Both the position numbers and the translations under genes were made by a program. 64,000 bases of DNA from Candidatus Heimdallarchaeota archaeon (GTDB lineage: Archaea > Asgardarchaeota > Heimdallarchaeia > Heimdallarchaeales > Heimdallarchaeaceae). The stretch spans positions 32,001-96,000 of the forward strand of contig JAHLWR010000013.1 of NCBI GenBank assembly GCA_019057815.1, read 5' to 3'. Of this stretch, positions 51,954-61,082 are shown one piece after another; the stretch's first letter is position 1, and each line of letters starts with the position of its first letter. Below the pieces are notes generated by a model. The model did not search any database. It saw only the letters and a list, made by a program, of their open reading frames with translations, and was not told the origin of the DNA.

Positions 51954-53165
51954 ATGGAAAGGTTAAACAATTTTGATATAAAAATTTTACACGCTCTCCA
52001 GAATCATCCACTGGAACCTAGTTCTAAAATTGCAAATTTAATTGGTACTTCTACTCAGACAATAATACGTCGAATCGAAAGGTTAACAGAACAAGGGATA
52101 TTGCGAAATGCAATAGCTTCAATTATACCTGAACGTTTAGGGCTAGTTGAATATGCTGTGATAGTTTATGTATCATCAATAGATCAGATGACTCTACTTC
52201 AAATGGCTTTCACAGATCATCCTTATACAAGATATTACAGTCGATTTTACGGAGAAAAATTCGGTTTCTATGCTACTTTTGAGATTCCTCCTGAGAGCAA
52301 TGGACTATTAAGAAAGTTTCTTGATTACTTAGTTGAAAATGAATTCTGTAAAAGTTACACTCTCTTCCGTTCAGAGGGACATAGACTTGCTTTCCCTGAT
52401 ATAGTACCCAATTATACCTTAAATCCCAAATGTTTCAACATGATGGGTTACTGGGAAAAAAGGCTACAGAAACCAAATAGGTTTCAAAGGCTAGCTTCAA
52501 CACCAGATCTTTCAGAATTCACTCCCTTACACATGTTATTACTTCGTGAGATAACCACAAACCTTAGAACAAGTCAAGCAAATATAGTAAAAAAATTTAA
52601 GAACCAAACAAAAGGTGATAAAACGTCAGACCCAATTTTCCTACCTGATAATTATTTCAGCTACATGAAAGAATTTCTTGAGAATAAGGCGGATAACACT
52701 ATACGAAGGGAGTTTAATAAAATTTACAACTATCTAAAAGAAGGTTTTATTGACCGACATAGATGGAATATCAATAGAAAATTTACTGAAACATTTGTTT
52801 ACCGAGCATTCATAATTAAAGATATACCTCAAGTAGAAAAGGCTCAATTATTCAATTTTTTTCTTGAAGAACGCCCACCTTTTAGGTTGGGATGTACAGT
52901 TCTTTCAGATGGTATTTTTCTGACAGTGTCACTTCCACCCTATTACGATGCCAAATTCAGCTATCTAGTTTGGACAACTTTCGGGGAATATAAAATGTAT
53001 TCTATGGATTTCTTTAGACATCATGGGCATCACTATTGGCTATATGTGGATAATTTTGATATTGCAAGAAACAAATGGAAAGTCGATGAAGATTGGATGT
53101 TCAATAATGTTGTAGATAGTTTGAATCAAAGATTAAAAGAAGGCAGATTCACCAGCAATTACTGA
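51954..53165 (+). CDS. wHTH/Lrp-AsnC-like multidomain regulator, paralog 2
   Basis: LNNFDIKILHALQ...SKIANLIGTS..TI.RRIERL...GIL Lrp-type HTH; shares HPYTR, PP.YD.KF.YL.W and VDEDWMFNNVV with paralog 1. Confidence 0.75.
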   Translation: MERLNNFDIKILHALQNHPLEPSSKIANLIGTSTQTIIRRIERLTEQGILRNAIASIIPERLGLVEYAVIVYVSSIDQMTLLQMAFTDHPYTRYYSRFYGEKFGFYATFEIPPESNGLLRKFLDYLVENEFCKSYTLFRSEGHRLAFPDIVPNYTLNPKCFNMMGYWEKRLQKPNRFQRLASTPDLSEFTPLHMLLLREITTNLRTSQANIVKKFKNQTKGDKTSDPIFLPDNYFSYMKEFLENKADNTIRREFNKIYNYLKEGFIDRHRWNINRKFTETFVYRAFIIKDIPQVEKAQLFNFFLEERPPFRLGCTVLSDGIFLTVSLPPYYDAKFSYLVWTTFGEYKMYSMDFFRHHGHHYWLYVDNFDIARNKWKVDEDWMFNNVVDSLNQRLKEGRFTSNY

Positions 53166-53276
53166 TGAAAAATATGTGTGTAAAATTCAAATAAGAAAGT
53201 AATCCTAGAACAACTACAACTACATGTGAATATAAAGTATAAGGAACATAGAAAACCAATAGATGCTGTGTCGTAC

Positions 53277-53699
53277 TTACAAGTCTGTAGCTTCTGCTTT
53301 GACTAAATTGGCATATTCTTCGGGAGATAATAGTCCTTCAACAGTACCATTACATTCAAGTTTTACAAGCCATCCTTCACCGTATGGATCATTAAAAACT
53401 TTAATGGGATTAACTTCTAAGTCTTCATTAATTGCTACAATTTTACAATCAAAAGGAGCATATGAATCTGCTTTGATATTTAAGGTTTCAATATTCAGAA
53501 TTGTATCCCCTTTACTAAATGATTCTCCCACAGTGTGAAAATCTATATGACCAATTTCTCCCAGTTCTATAGTTGCATAACTAGTGATACCATAAAGCCA
53601 ATGTGACTCATTTTTCTTTATCCATTCATGTTTCTCGGTATACAATCTGTCTGTTTTTATAATGTACTTGTTTGCAACTAATATCTCCTTAGTCATCAT
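53277..53699 (-). CDS. gcvH: Glycine cleavage H-like protein, canonical lipoyl-Lys position substituted
   Basis: YTEKHEW, GIT.YA..ELG, AP..C.IV.IN and DPYGEGWL motifs; IETLN in place of VESVK. Confidence 0.8.
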   Translation of the reverse strand: MMTKEILVANKYIIKTDRLYTEKHEWIKKNESHWLYGITSYATIELGEIGHIDFHTVGESFSKGDTILNIETLNIKADSYAPFDCKIVAINEDLEVNPIKVFNDPYGEGWLVKLECNGTVEGLLSPEEYANLVKAEATDL

Positions 53700-53780
53700 A
53701 TAATTACAATTGTTAATATCTTATAATAATGACTATATTGGCAAAATTGATTTTAAAATATCTCATATAATAACCACATT

Positions 53781-55445
53781 TCATCGATTATTGTTCAAAA
53801 CCTTTCTTGTTAGTTTCTCATTATATTTCTCAAATATTTCAATAAAAACCGTTCTCTGGAATTTGTTCTCGTTGACACTTTTTACTTCATCCATTTTCAT
53901 TATCTGTACATAGACTTTTATTTCCAGAGCTATTTTCTTAAATCCCTCTCTTTTGCACTTGTTCTCAACTTTTTGTAGTTTTTTTATAGCCTTTTTCTCT
54001 TTTTTTTCTTTGAAATACTCCCCTAGATATTCATAACTCTCTGCCCAATATTTCATTGCTTTTGTTACATGTTTTGAGTCTTTGATACTCTCCTGTATTT
54101 TTCTTACTGTTTCAGTGAACTTTTCATTTTCACCCGTTGTTAACAATGCTTTTGCAAGTAACAGCAGTGAGAGTGTTTTATTGATCCACTCACCACCCTT
54201 TTCTTTCTCTTCCTCCACTCTTTTTTCCTCTGTTATCACTCTATTTGTTTCTTGAACAACCTGATACTCTAACTCTTCCACCATTGGTCTGAACATGATA
54301 ATATTAGGTATGGCTCCTCTGAACCCTTGCAAGAACTTTTCTGTTAGTTCTTTGACATTTTTGTTCTTATGAACGTAAATGTATAACATATTCATTTGCA
54401 TGACATTTACTAAATAATCGTAATATCTCGTTTTGATGTTTCTCTTGAATTCTTCAGAAAGTAGAAGTTTTTCGTATTCTTGTAGATATTCTAAAGCTCT
54501 TTCAAATTCTCCCATGAAGGTGTAAATCATCGTTAGATATGAAAGAGTATTTCCTATCATATACAAATATCGTGTATCTTGTTTTTTCTCTTTCCACAAA
54601 ACTTCTAATACTTTCTTGAAGTATATTGCAGCTCTATAATACTCGTTAAGGAAAACCGCTCCCTTACCTAATGTATGTAAGATCCATACTTCCTTACATT
54701 TTTCGACCTTCTCGATCAATTCTCTGTCATTTTCGATTATTTGTATAAGTTCGCGCATCTTATCATTATATTTGGGTTCGTTGAAACTTTTACCTAAATA
54801 GACACTGAGCAACCTTCCTATACTTTTTACTGTTGCAAAATAGTATCCTGCCTTTCTGAAATAATCTATACATCCACAGACGTATTTTTCTGATTTTTCA
54901 AGATTGTCTATGAAATAATCTGCTGCTATCAGGATGTATAAAGTCTTGTAATAGAAATAACCCTTTTCATGTGAAGAAAGCGATTCAATTATCTTTTGAG
55001 CTTCATTCAAATAGTGTCTAGAACCTTTATCGTCGTCTATCAACCTCATTAAACAGGATTTAGAACCAAAAGTAGAAGCCAAGAAAACCTTACTGTTTAG
55101 TTTGTTAGCTAGAACAACCATCTTATCCAATAATTCTGAAGATTTTTGTACATTTTTAGGATTTAACCAAATAAGGTCGAATTTAAGATCATAAAGATAG
55201 AAGAGAGAGAAACTATCTTCTATTGCTAGACTTTTTTCAAGAACTCTGTCGATAAGAGGGATAAAGGCTTTGTCTTTAGTATTGGAAACTTTTCTATGCA
55301 GAGATTGGATCAAGGTTCTTAATTTTCTGACATCTATCACTTTTTCGAGTTCTTGGTAGAAATAGTCCAGTGAGAAATCAACCAAAACTTCTTTTTCTTT
55401 CAGATCTAAATCTTCTTTCCCAATAACTCGCTGCATACTTTTCAC
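53781..55445 (-). CDS. TPR-like alpha-solenoid protein
   Basis: Helical repeats such as LG.GA....EY..A..YF.K.L and L..IY...GEFERALEYL. Confidence 0.65.
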   Translation of the reverse strand: MKSMQRVIGKEDLDLKEKEVLVDFSLDYFYQELEKVIDVRKLRTLIQSLHRKVSNTKDKAFIPLIDRVLEKSLAIEDSFSLFYLYDLKFDLIWLNPKNVQKSSELLDKMVVLANKLNSKVFLASTFGSKSCLMRLIDDDKGSRHYLNEAQKIIESLSSHEKGYFYYKTLYILIAADYFIDNLEKSEKYVCGCIDYFRKAGYYFATVKSIGRLLSVYLGKSFNEPKYNDKMRELIQIIENDRELIEKVEKCKEVWILHTLGKGAVFLNEYYRAAIYFKKVLEVLWKEKKQDTRYLYMIGNTLSYLTMIYTFMGEFERALEYLQEYEKLLLSEEFKRNIKTRYYDYLVNVMQMNMLYIYVHKNKNVKELTEKFLQGFRGAIPNIIMFRPMVEELEYQVVQETNRVITEEKRVEEEKEKGGEWINKTLSLLLLAKALLTTGENEKFTETVRKIQESIKDSKHVTKAMKYWAESYEYLGEYFKEKKEKKAIKKLQKVENKCKREGFKKIALEIKVYVQIMKMDEVKSVNENKFQRTVFIEIFEKYNEKLTRKVLNNNR

Positions 55446-55552
55446 TGATACTATTCTTTTAATTATTGGGTTAAGAGTAAAAGATAGGTAGATAACTTTA
55501 GGTTTAGTTCACTTATATATCTATTGTCTCATATATAAAGAAGGAAAAAAAG

Positions 55553-58500
55553 CTATTTCTTTCTTCGTTGTAGCACCACTAAACCAAAGACCAAGAATAG
55601 AAAAGTTATCGCAGGAAGGAGAAGAGAGAACATTTGAAACTCTGGTATAATCTCAACAACAGTAAATGAGTAATATAAACCAGAGTTATCATTGATGGCT
55701 AAATTGTGGTTAACAGAATTATCTACAGCTGTAATATAATATTCAATAGTGTCACCAACTGCAAAAGAACCTATAGTTACGCTGTAAAGATCACCACTTA
55801 TAAGAGTCATACTAACTTCTGTCCAAGTTCCACCATTAATCCTGTAGTGGAGTGTAACAGATTGTACACCATAAGGGCTAGTAACTGTAGCATTAATACT
55901 TATATTATCGAGTTCTGTTGGAGTAGAGGGAGAATGAATAATGTTTGTAATAGCAGGACGAACAACATATACAGCAGGTTCTCCAAGAGGATATAAATCA
56001 ACTGAGTTAGCTTCTCCATCAATAGCATAAGAACCTGTTCCTGACCAGTCTGACCAGTAATTGCCCTCTTGTGTTTCAGAGTCATACCAAGTATTGTTAG
56101 TTCCATCATCAAAAACTTGTGAAGTTCCTCCCAAATTATTGTCTTCAAAGATATTATGGTGAATAAGATTATTATCAGAATCGTATCTTAAGTATATTCC
56201 ATATCCTCCGTTTTCTTGTAGGAGATTGTAAGTAACGACACAAAAATTAGAATAGTAAAACTCAATGCCATAGTTGTTATTATTGCTGCACGTGTTGTTT
56301 GCAACAGTCGCACTCCCAGAATATCGAAGATAAATGCCGTAGTAGTCGTTGTTATTACACGTGTTGTTAATAATAACTGAATATGTACAGGAGTAGAGAA
56401 ATAGACCAGTTGTAGCGTTATATAATATTTGATCACGTACTGTCACATTAGTACAATTAATTAATATTAACTGCCCATAGACAGGCTCTGCAATTATCGT
56501 AGAGTTAAGGTTAGTGTAATAACCTAGTTTTTTCCCATTCACCCAATTATTCTCGACAGTATATGAGAGATAAGCATCAACTGTACTTTCGCTTATATAT
56601 AAACCACAACTAGTAAAAGTATTGTTAGCAACAATAGAAGAATCAGAATGGTAACGAAGATAGATACCGTAGCTGTTGTTGCTACACTTGTTTTTTGTAA
56701 TAGTAGAGGAAGCAGAAGTATCAAGGTAGATGCCGTAGCTGTTGTTGCTACACTTGTTTTTTGTAACAATAGAAGAAGCAGAATAGTAAACCCTGATGCC
56801 ATGGTTGTTGTTGTTGCTACACATGCTGTTTGTAATAATAGAAGTAGAAAGGTAAAGATAGATACCGTCGTTGTTGTAGCTACAAGTATTGTTTGTAATA
56901 ATAGAAGTAGAAAGGTAAAGATAGATGCCGGAGTAGTAGTTATTGCTGCACGTGTTGTTGGTAATAGTAGAATGATCAGAAGTATCAAGATAGATACCGT
57001 TGTTGTTGTAGCTACAAGTGTTGTTGGTAACAGTAGAATAAAAAGAAGTATCAAGAAGGATGCCTTTGTTGTTGTTGTTGCACATGTTGTTAGCAATAGT
57101 AGAACTGCTAGAAGAGTGAAAATAGATGCCCTCCCTGTTGTTGTTGCTACACGTATTTTTGGTAACAGTAGAATAACTAGATGACTCTAACCTGATACCA
57201 TAGTCGTTATTGCTACACGTGTTGTTTGCAACAGTAGAAGAGGTAGAATGGTAATAAATATGGATGCCATAATTGTTATTGTTGTTGCATGTGTTGTTGA
57301 TAATAGTCGAACTACCAGAATCCCAAAACCTGATACCATAGTCGTTGTTGCTACAAGTGTTGTTTGTAACAGTAGAACTACCAGAAGAGCTAAGAATGAT
57401 GCCGGAGTAGTAGTTATTGCTGCACGTGTTGTTTGCAACAGTAGAACTACCAGAATAGGAAATCGAGATGCCATAGTGGTTGTAGCTACAAGTGTTGTTG
57501 GTAGCAGTAGAACTACCAGAGTAGGAAAGCCCGATACCTCCATAGTTGTTGCTTTCACAAGTGTTATAGGCAACAGTAGAACTATCGGAATAGGAAAGAT
57601 CGATACCATAGTGGTTGTAGCTACAAGTGTTGTTGGCAACAGTGGAACTATCAGAAGTATCAAGATAGATACCATAGTGGTTGTAGCTACAAGTGTTATT
57701 GGTTATAGTAGAAGAAGCAGAACCATCAAGATAGATACCACAGTGGTTGTAGCTACAAGTGTTGTTAATAATAACTGAATGTGTACAGAATTGGAGAACT
57801 AAAGCAAGTGAAGTGTTGTTTATTATTTGGTCGCGTACTGTCACATTAGTACAATTAACTAATATCAGTTGACCATAGATAGGTTCAGCAATAGTAGTGG
57901 AGTCAAGGTTAGTGAAATAACCTAGTTTTTTCCCATTCACCCAATTATTCTCGACAGTATACGAGAGATAAGCATCAACTGTACTTTCGCTTATATATAA
58001 ACCACAATTAGTAAAAGTGTTATTAGCAACAATAGAAGAATCAGAATGGTAACGAAGATAGATACCGTAGCTGTTGTTGCTACACTTGTTTTTTGTAATA
58101 GTAGAAGAAGCAGAAGTATCAAGATAGATGCCGTAGTTGATGTTATTACTGCAATTATTATTAGTAACAGTAGAATTACCAGAATATCGAAGAGAGATGC
58201 CACCGCTATTGTTGTTGCACGAGTTGTTAGTAACAGTAGAAAAAGCAGAATAGTAAACCCTGATGCCATAGTGGTTATTGCTGCTGCACGTGTTGTTAAT
58301 TACAATTGCTGTTCCATCAGCTGCATTATTGATATAAATACCATAGTCTTCTGCGTCAATATAGCAGTTACGAACAGTAAAATATTTCGTTGTACCAGCA
58401 ATATAAATACCCTTACCATTTGTTGTTGTAATATTATATCCTTCAATAACATAAGGATCTTCAGCTGTTCCTGTTCCTAGAAAAACCTCAAAATCGCTAT

Positions 58501-58648
58501 CACTTGTTATTTCAATAGGATCATGAGGTGTCAACTCTAAAGAAGTAGGTCTATAATTGTTGTCTTCAGCAGTTAGTTGTACATTAATATTCGATGCGTA
58601 GATTGCCAATGTCAGTATTAGTAGAATTAATATTGTTTTCTTTTTCAT
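55553..58648 (-). CDS. Right-handed beta-helix (NosD/CASH-like) surface glycoprotein with Ig-like domain and PEF-CTERM-like tail
   Basis: Signal peptide from MKKKTIL, GTAEDPYVIEG, many ~22-aa NNTCSNN..GIYL repeats, GNYWSDW, and IPEF followed by TM and RRKK. Confidence 0.9.
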   Translation of the reverse strand: MKKKTILILLILTLAIYASNINVQLTAEDNNYRPTSLELTPHDPIEITSDSDFEVFLGTGTAEDPYVIEGYNITTTNGKGIYIAGTTKYFTVRNCYIDAEDYGIYINNAADGTAIVINNTCSSNNHYGIRVYYSAFSTVTNNSCNNNSGGISLRYSGNSTVTNNNCSNNINYGIYLDTSASSTITKNKCSNNSYGIYLRYHSDSSIVANNTFTNCGLYISESTVDAYLSYTVENNWVNGKKLGYFTNLDSTTIAEPIYGQLILVNCTNVTVRDQIINNTSLALVLQFCTHSVIINNTCSYNHCGIYLDGSASSTITNNTCSYNHYGIYLDTSDSSTVANNTCSYNHYGIDLSYSDSSTVAYNTCESNNYGGIGLSYSGSSTATNNTCSYNHYGISISYSGSSTVANNTCSNNYYSGIILSSSGSSTVTNNTCSNNDYGIRFWDSGSSTIINNTCNNNNNYGIHIYYHSTSSTVANNTCSNNDYGIRLESSSYSTVTKNTCSNNNREGIYFHSSSSSTIANNMCNNNNKGILLDTSFYSTVTNNTCSYNNNGIYLDTSDHSTITNNTCSNNYYSGIYLYLSTSIITNNTCSYNNDGIYLYLSTSIITNSMCSNNNNHGIRVYYSASSIVTKNKCSNNSYGIYLDTSASSTITKNKCSNNSYGIYLRYHSDSSIVANNTFTSCGLYISESTVDAYLSYTVENNWVNGKKLGYYTNLNSTIIAEPVYGQLILINCTNVTVRDQILYNATTGLFLYSCTYSVIINNTCNNNDYYGIYLRYSGSATVANNTCSNNNNYGIEFYYSNFCVVTYNLLQENGGYGIYLRYDSDNNLIHHNIFEDNNLGGTSQVFDDGTNNTWYDSETQEGNYWSDWSGTGSYAIDGEANSVDLYPLGEPAVYVVRPAITNIIHSPSTPTELDNISINATVTSPYGVQSVTLHYRINGGTWTEVSMTLISGDLYSVTIGSFAVGDTIEYYITAVDNSVNHNLAINDNSGLYYSFTVVEIIPEFQMFSLLLPAITFLFLVFGLVVLQRRKK
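56436..56738. repeat. Intragenic ~300-bp direct repeat, copy A
   Basis: Aligns with 57834-58136; 56521-56738 vs 57919-58136 differ at only about six positions. Confidence 0.9.
57834..58136. repeat. Intragenic ~300-bp direct repeat, copy B
   Basis: Counterpart of copy A; encodes the repeated ISESTVDAYLSYTVENNWVNGKKLGY block. Confidence 0.9.
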
Positions 58649-58839
58649 TAAATCACACTTAAATAAACTCTTTATCGAATATATATTTTGTGTAACCAAT
58701 TCTTCCAATAATATTCCTTACTAGATTATTTTTCGAGTTTATATACCAATTTGAGAATAATGAGGTAAACCCATCCGTTCTGATATCTTCCTATCTTCAA
58801 AAAATCTAAACAAGAATAACTCAAGGGTTAGAATCTCTT

Positions 58840-59253
58840 ATGATGGAAGATCTCTTAGAACGTCAATCTTCAGTAACTTTTAGTATTCTAGAAAAGGTTC
58901 TTTTCGTTCTTTTCACTATTCTTTCTGTTATTGCTTCTGTTCTTTCCTTTACTGATTCTTCTAATAATTCTTCTTATTCCCTTGTTTTTAAGTTCTTCAT
59001 CGTTTTCTTAACTCTCTTAATCTTTCTCTATTCTTTCATCATCACTGTCACTATCCCTGCAATTACCAAGAACATTCTTCCAATAATAGCTGTCTTTCTT
59101 TACTGTAATATTCATTCTTTTAGGTTTTTTTCTATTTATAGATTGGTATCTTTCCGATACAAGAATTTCCAAGAGATTGATCTATTTGAGGATATTAGAT
59201 TTGAAGAGAATAAGGATAAAGAGGATTTAACAATTTCAGGAGGTTTTAACTAA
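58840..59253 (+). CDS. Small multi-TM hypothetical protein
   Basis: Two to three hydrophobic helices, T/C-rich coding strand, closely spaced with the next two ORFs. Confidence 0.55.
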   Translation: MMEDLLERQSSVTFSILEKVLFVLFTILSVIASVLSFTDSSNNSSYSLVFKFFIVFLTLLIFLYSFIITVTIPAITKNILPIIAVFLYCNIHSFRFFSIYRLVSFRYKNFQEIDLFEDIRFEENKDKEDLTISGGFN

Positions 59254-59255
59254 CT

Positions 59256-59522
59256 ATGTTGTGGGAATTAATTTTCGAGATAGAACACAAAGTCAAAGGA
59301 GTAACTGTCGGTTTAGCCAATTATAAAATCTCTACCAGAAACGATTTGGAATACTTTTTAGCCCATTGTGTTAATGTTTCTAACAATTCTGGCGATTTAT
59401 GGTTTTACAGAGCTTTTCTTCTTGATCAAGAAGGTAAAAAGGTTCTCTTGACTAACCTTAATGACATTATCATTAACAAGGACAAATGTTTTAATTCTGA
59501 TATTCTTTCAACTAGTGTCTAA
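59256..59522 (+). CDS. Hypothetical protein
   Basis: GGAGG upstream; 2 nt after the previous stop. Confidence 0.55.
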   Translation: MLWELIFEIEHKVKGVTVGLANYKISTRNDLEYFLAHCVNVSNNSGDLWFYRAFLLDQEGKKVLLTNLNDIIINKDKCFNSDILSTSV

Positions 59523-59531
59523 AGTGATTAT

Positions 59532-60107
59532 ATGAAAAAACTCTTCCTTTCATTCGTTGTTCTAGTTTTTCTTTTCTCTTTATTACACCCTGTAATTGCT
59601 GATGAACACTTAGAAGAATTTGGTTGGTCTACAGGAACTATTGTTAAGTTAAAATCTGAACTTACTGATTCTGTTCTCCAAACTGGTTCTCATGCTATTA
59701 CCTTTCATCTAACTGTTCTCCATCTTGCTACTGATGCTGTTTTCTTACTTGATAGCCGAGTTTTCATCTTAATTAATGGTGAAGAGACTATGCGAAACGA
59801 TTTTGCTGTTTTTAAACAATCTGATGTAGGAACCACCACAGGACAAGATTCTTTTACTCACACGTTTCAGTATAATGTCAGTTGGGGTGAAACACCTATT
59901 GAAATAAAATTCTATTGTAAAGAATTCTATTCGATGGATCTTTCTATTCCTCATGAAACTAATTGGAATACTTTTTTCACTATTACTCCTTTTATTATTA
60001 CTACAGAATCCACGACTAGTACTTCACTTGAAGTAAACGGTTCAGGTTTATCTCTTATCTCTCTCACTATAATTACTCTAGTTGTCATGAGAACTAGAAG
60101 GAGATAA
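59532..60107 (+). CDS. Secreted protein with Thr/Ser linker and C-terminal membrane anchor
   Basis: MKKLFLSF signal peptide; TTESTTSTS linker followed by TM and RTRRR. Confidence 0.75.
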   Translation: MKKLFLSFVVLVFLFSLLHPVIADEHLEEFGWSTGTIVKLKSELTDSVLQTGSHAITFHLTVLHLATDAVFLLDSRVFILINGEETMRNDFAVFKQSDVGTTTGQDSFTHTFQYNVSWGETPIEIKFYCKEFYSMDLSIPHETNWNTFFTITPFIITTESTTSTSLEVNGSGLSLISLTIITLVVMRTRRR

Positions 60108-60293
60108 TATCTCTCTTTTCCTATATTTTTTCTTCTTTCTTTTAAATGAAATTGAATATTATCTTATTGAAGCGAGTTTCTTCAGTGCACTTATATTCTT
60201 CCTTTTTTCTCGCTTCAACCCCCTTTATTTCTATCTCTTTATTACATATCTCACCCTCTTTTCTCCCTTTTTCTTACATTTCTTCCCTTTTGG

Positions 60294-60440
60294 TTAAATG
60301 AACGCTTCCAGTGACGCTTGACTATATTTGTAATTTCCCATTCTTTGCGCTACATCATATGTATCTGACCATACTAACTCTTGTTCTTCTTGTTCTTCTT
60401 CTGTTTTCATCATAATCTTACAGTCTTTACATTTCCACAT
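60294..60440 (-). CDS. Possible 48-aa CxxC mini-protein (below ORF-track cutoff)
   Basis: Manual translation MWKCKDCKIMMKTEEEQEEQELVWSD...AFI*; GAGGGAG upstream. Confidence 0.35.
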   Translation of the reverse strand: MWKCKDCKIMMKTEEEQEEQELVWSDTYDVAQRMGNYKYSQASLEAFI

Positions 60441-60623
60441 TTCTCCCTCTATTTATCGAGAATGAGATTAGAGCACCAAATGTAACTTGAAAAGCTAGAA
60501 GTTGAATTAGCTATTATCCTCGATATTGGTTTCCTTGTTGGTTTAGCAATTGATTGGAAAACAGGAGAGAATACTAGTTATTCCTTCATATTACAACATT
60601 GGTTACTAGAACATTCTATTCAA

Positions 60624-61082
60624 TTATTCATTTGTAACATTGATTAAAATATCATAGTATTTTATCAGAAACATATGGAGTTCATTTACTTCTCTTATAT
60701 TTTCTTTAATAATCTCAAAACCACCAGCCACATATCTATTCATTAATCTATGGCCTTCAGAACTTAATTCTGTTGATGAGTTATGATCTAATATTGAAAG
60801 CATAAGATTCTCAATATCCTTAACTTTTGAGATTCCTCTCCTATCAATTTCAGAAGCTATTAAACTAGCCATAATTTCGTATCTTTGATCTTTATAAGCT
60901 TGAGGAAATGTTTTTGTAATTTCAGAATCAGCACTTGCTTCATCTCCAATTTTTACTTCTGAAAATCCAATCATTAAGCATATATAATATTCATCCCAGA
61001 GGATATCTAACTTGTCATCACTTCCTTTACCAAAGATGTTTTTAAAATAACTCTTAGCTTGATTACTTAGCCTAAACGTCAT
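60624..61082 (-). CDS. DndE-like small partner of the CxC ATPase
   Basis: FRLS..AK...WD.YY.CL..G ... MNRY..GGFE pattern; ATGA overlap with the ATPase gene. Confidence 0.55.
   Translation of the reverse strand: MTFRLSNQAKSYFKNIFGKGSDDKLDILWDEYYICLMIGFSEVKIGDEASADSEITKTFPQAYKDQRYEIMASLIASEIDRRGISKVKDIENLMLSILDHNSSTELSSEGHRLMNRYVAGGFEIIKENIREVNELHMFLIKYYDILINVTNE

Noticed and set aside
56436-58136. DGR template/variable repeat pair (AAC-rich near-identical repeats)
   Set aside because: Mismatches are not adenine-specific (several are C/T on the coding strand), both copies are in-frame in one gene, and no reverse transcriptase is present
56188-58480. Alternative-frame and antisense ORFs rich in VVVAT/TTTT/LLLL
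   Set aside because: Shadows of the repetitive beta-helix gene
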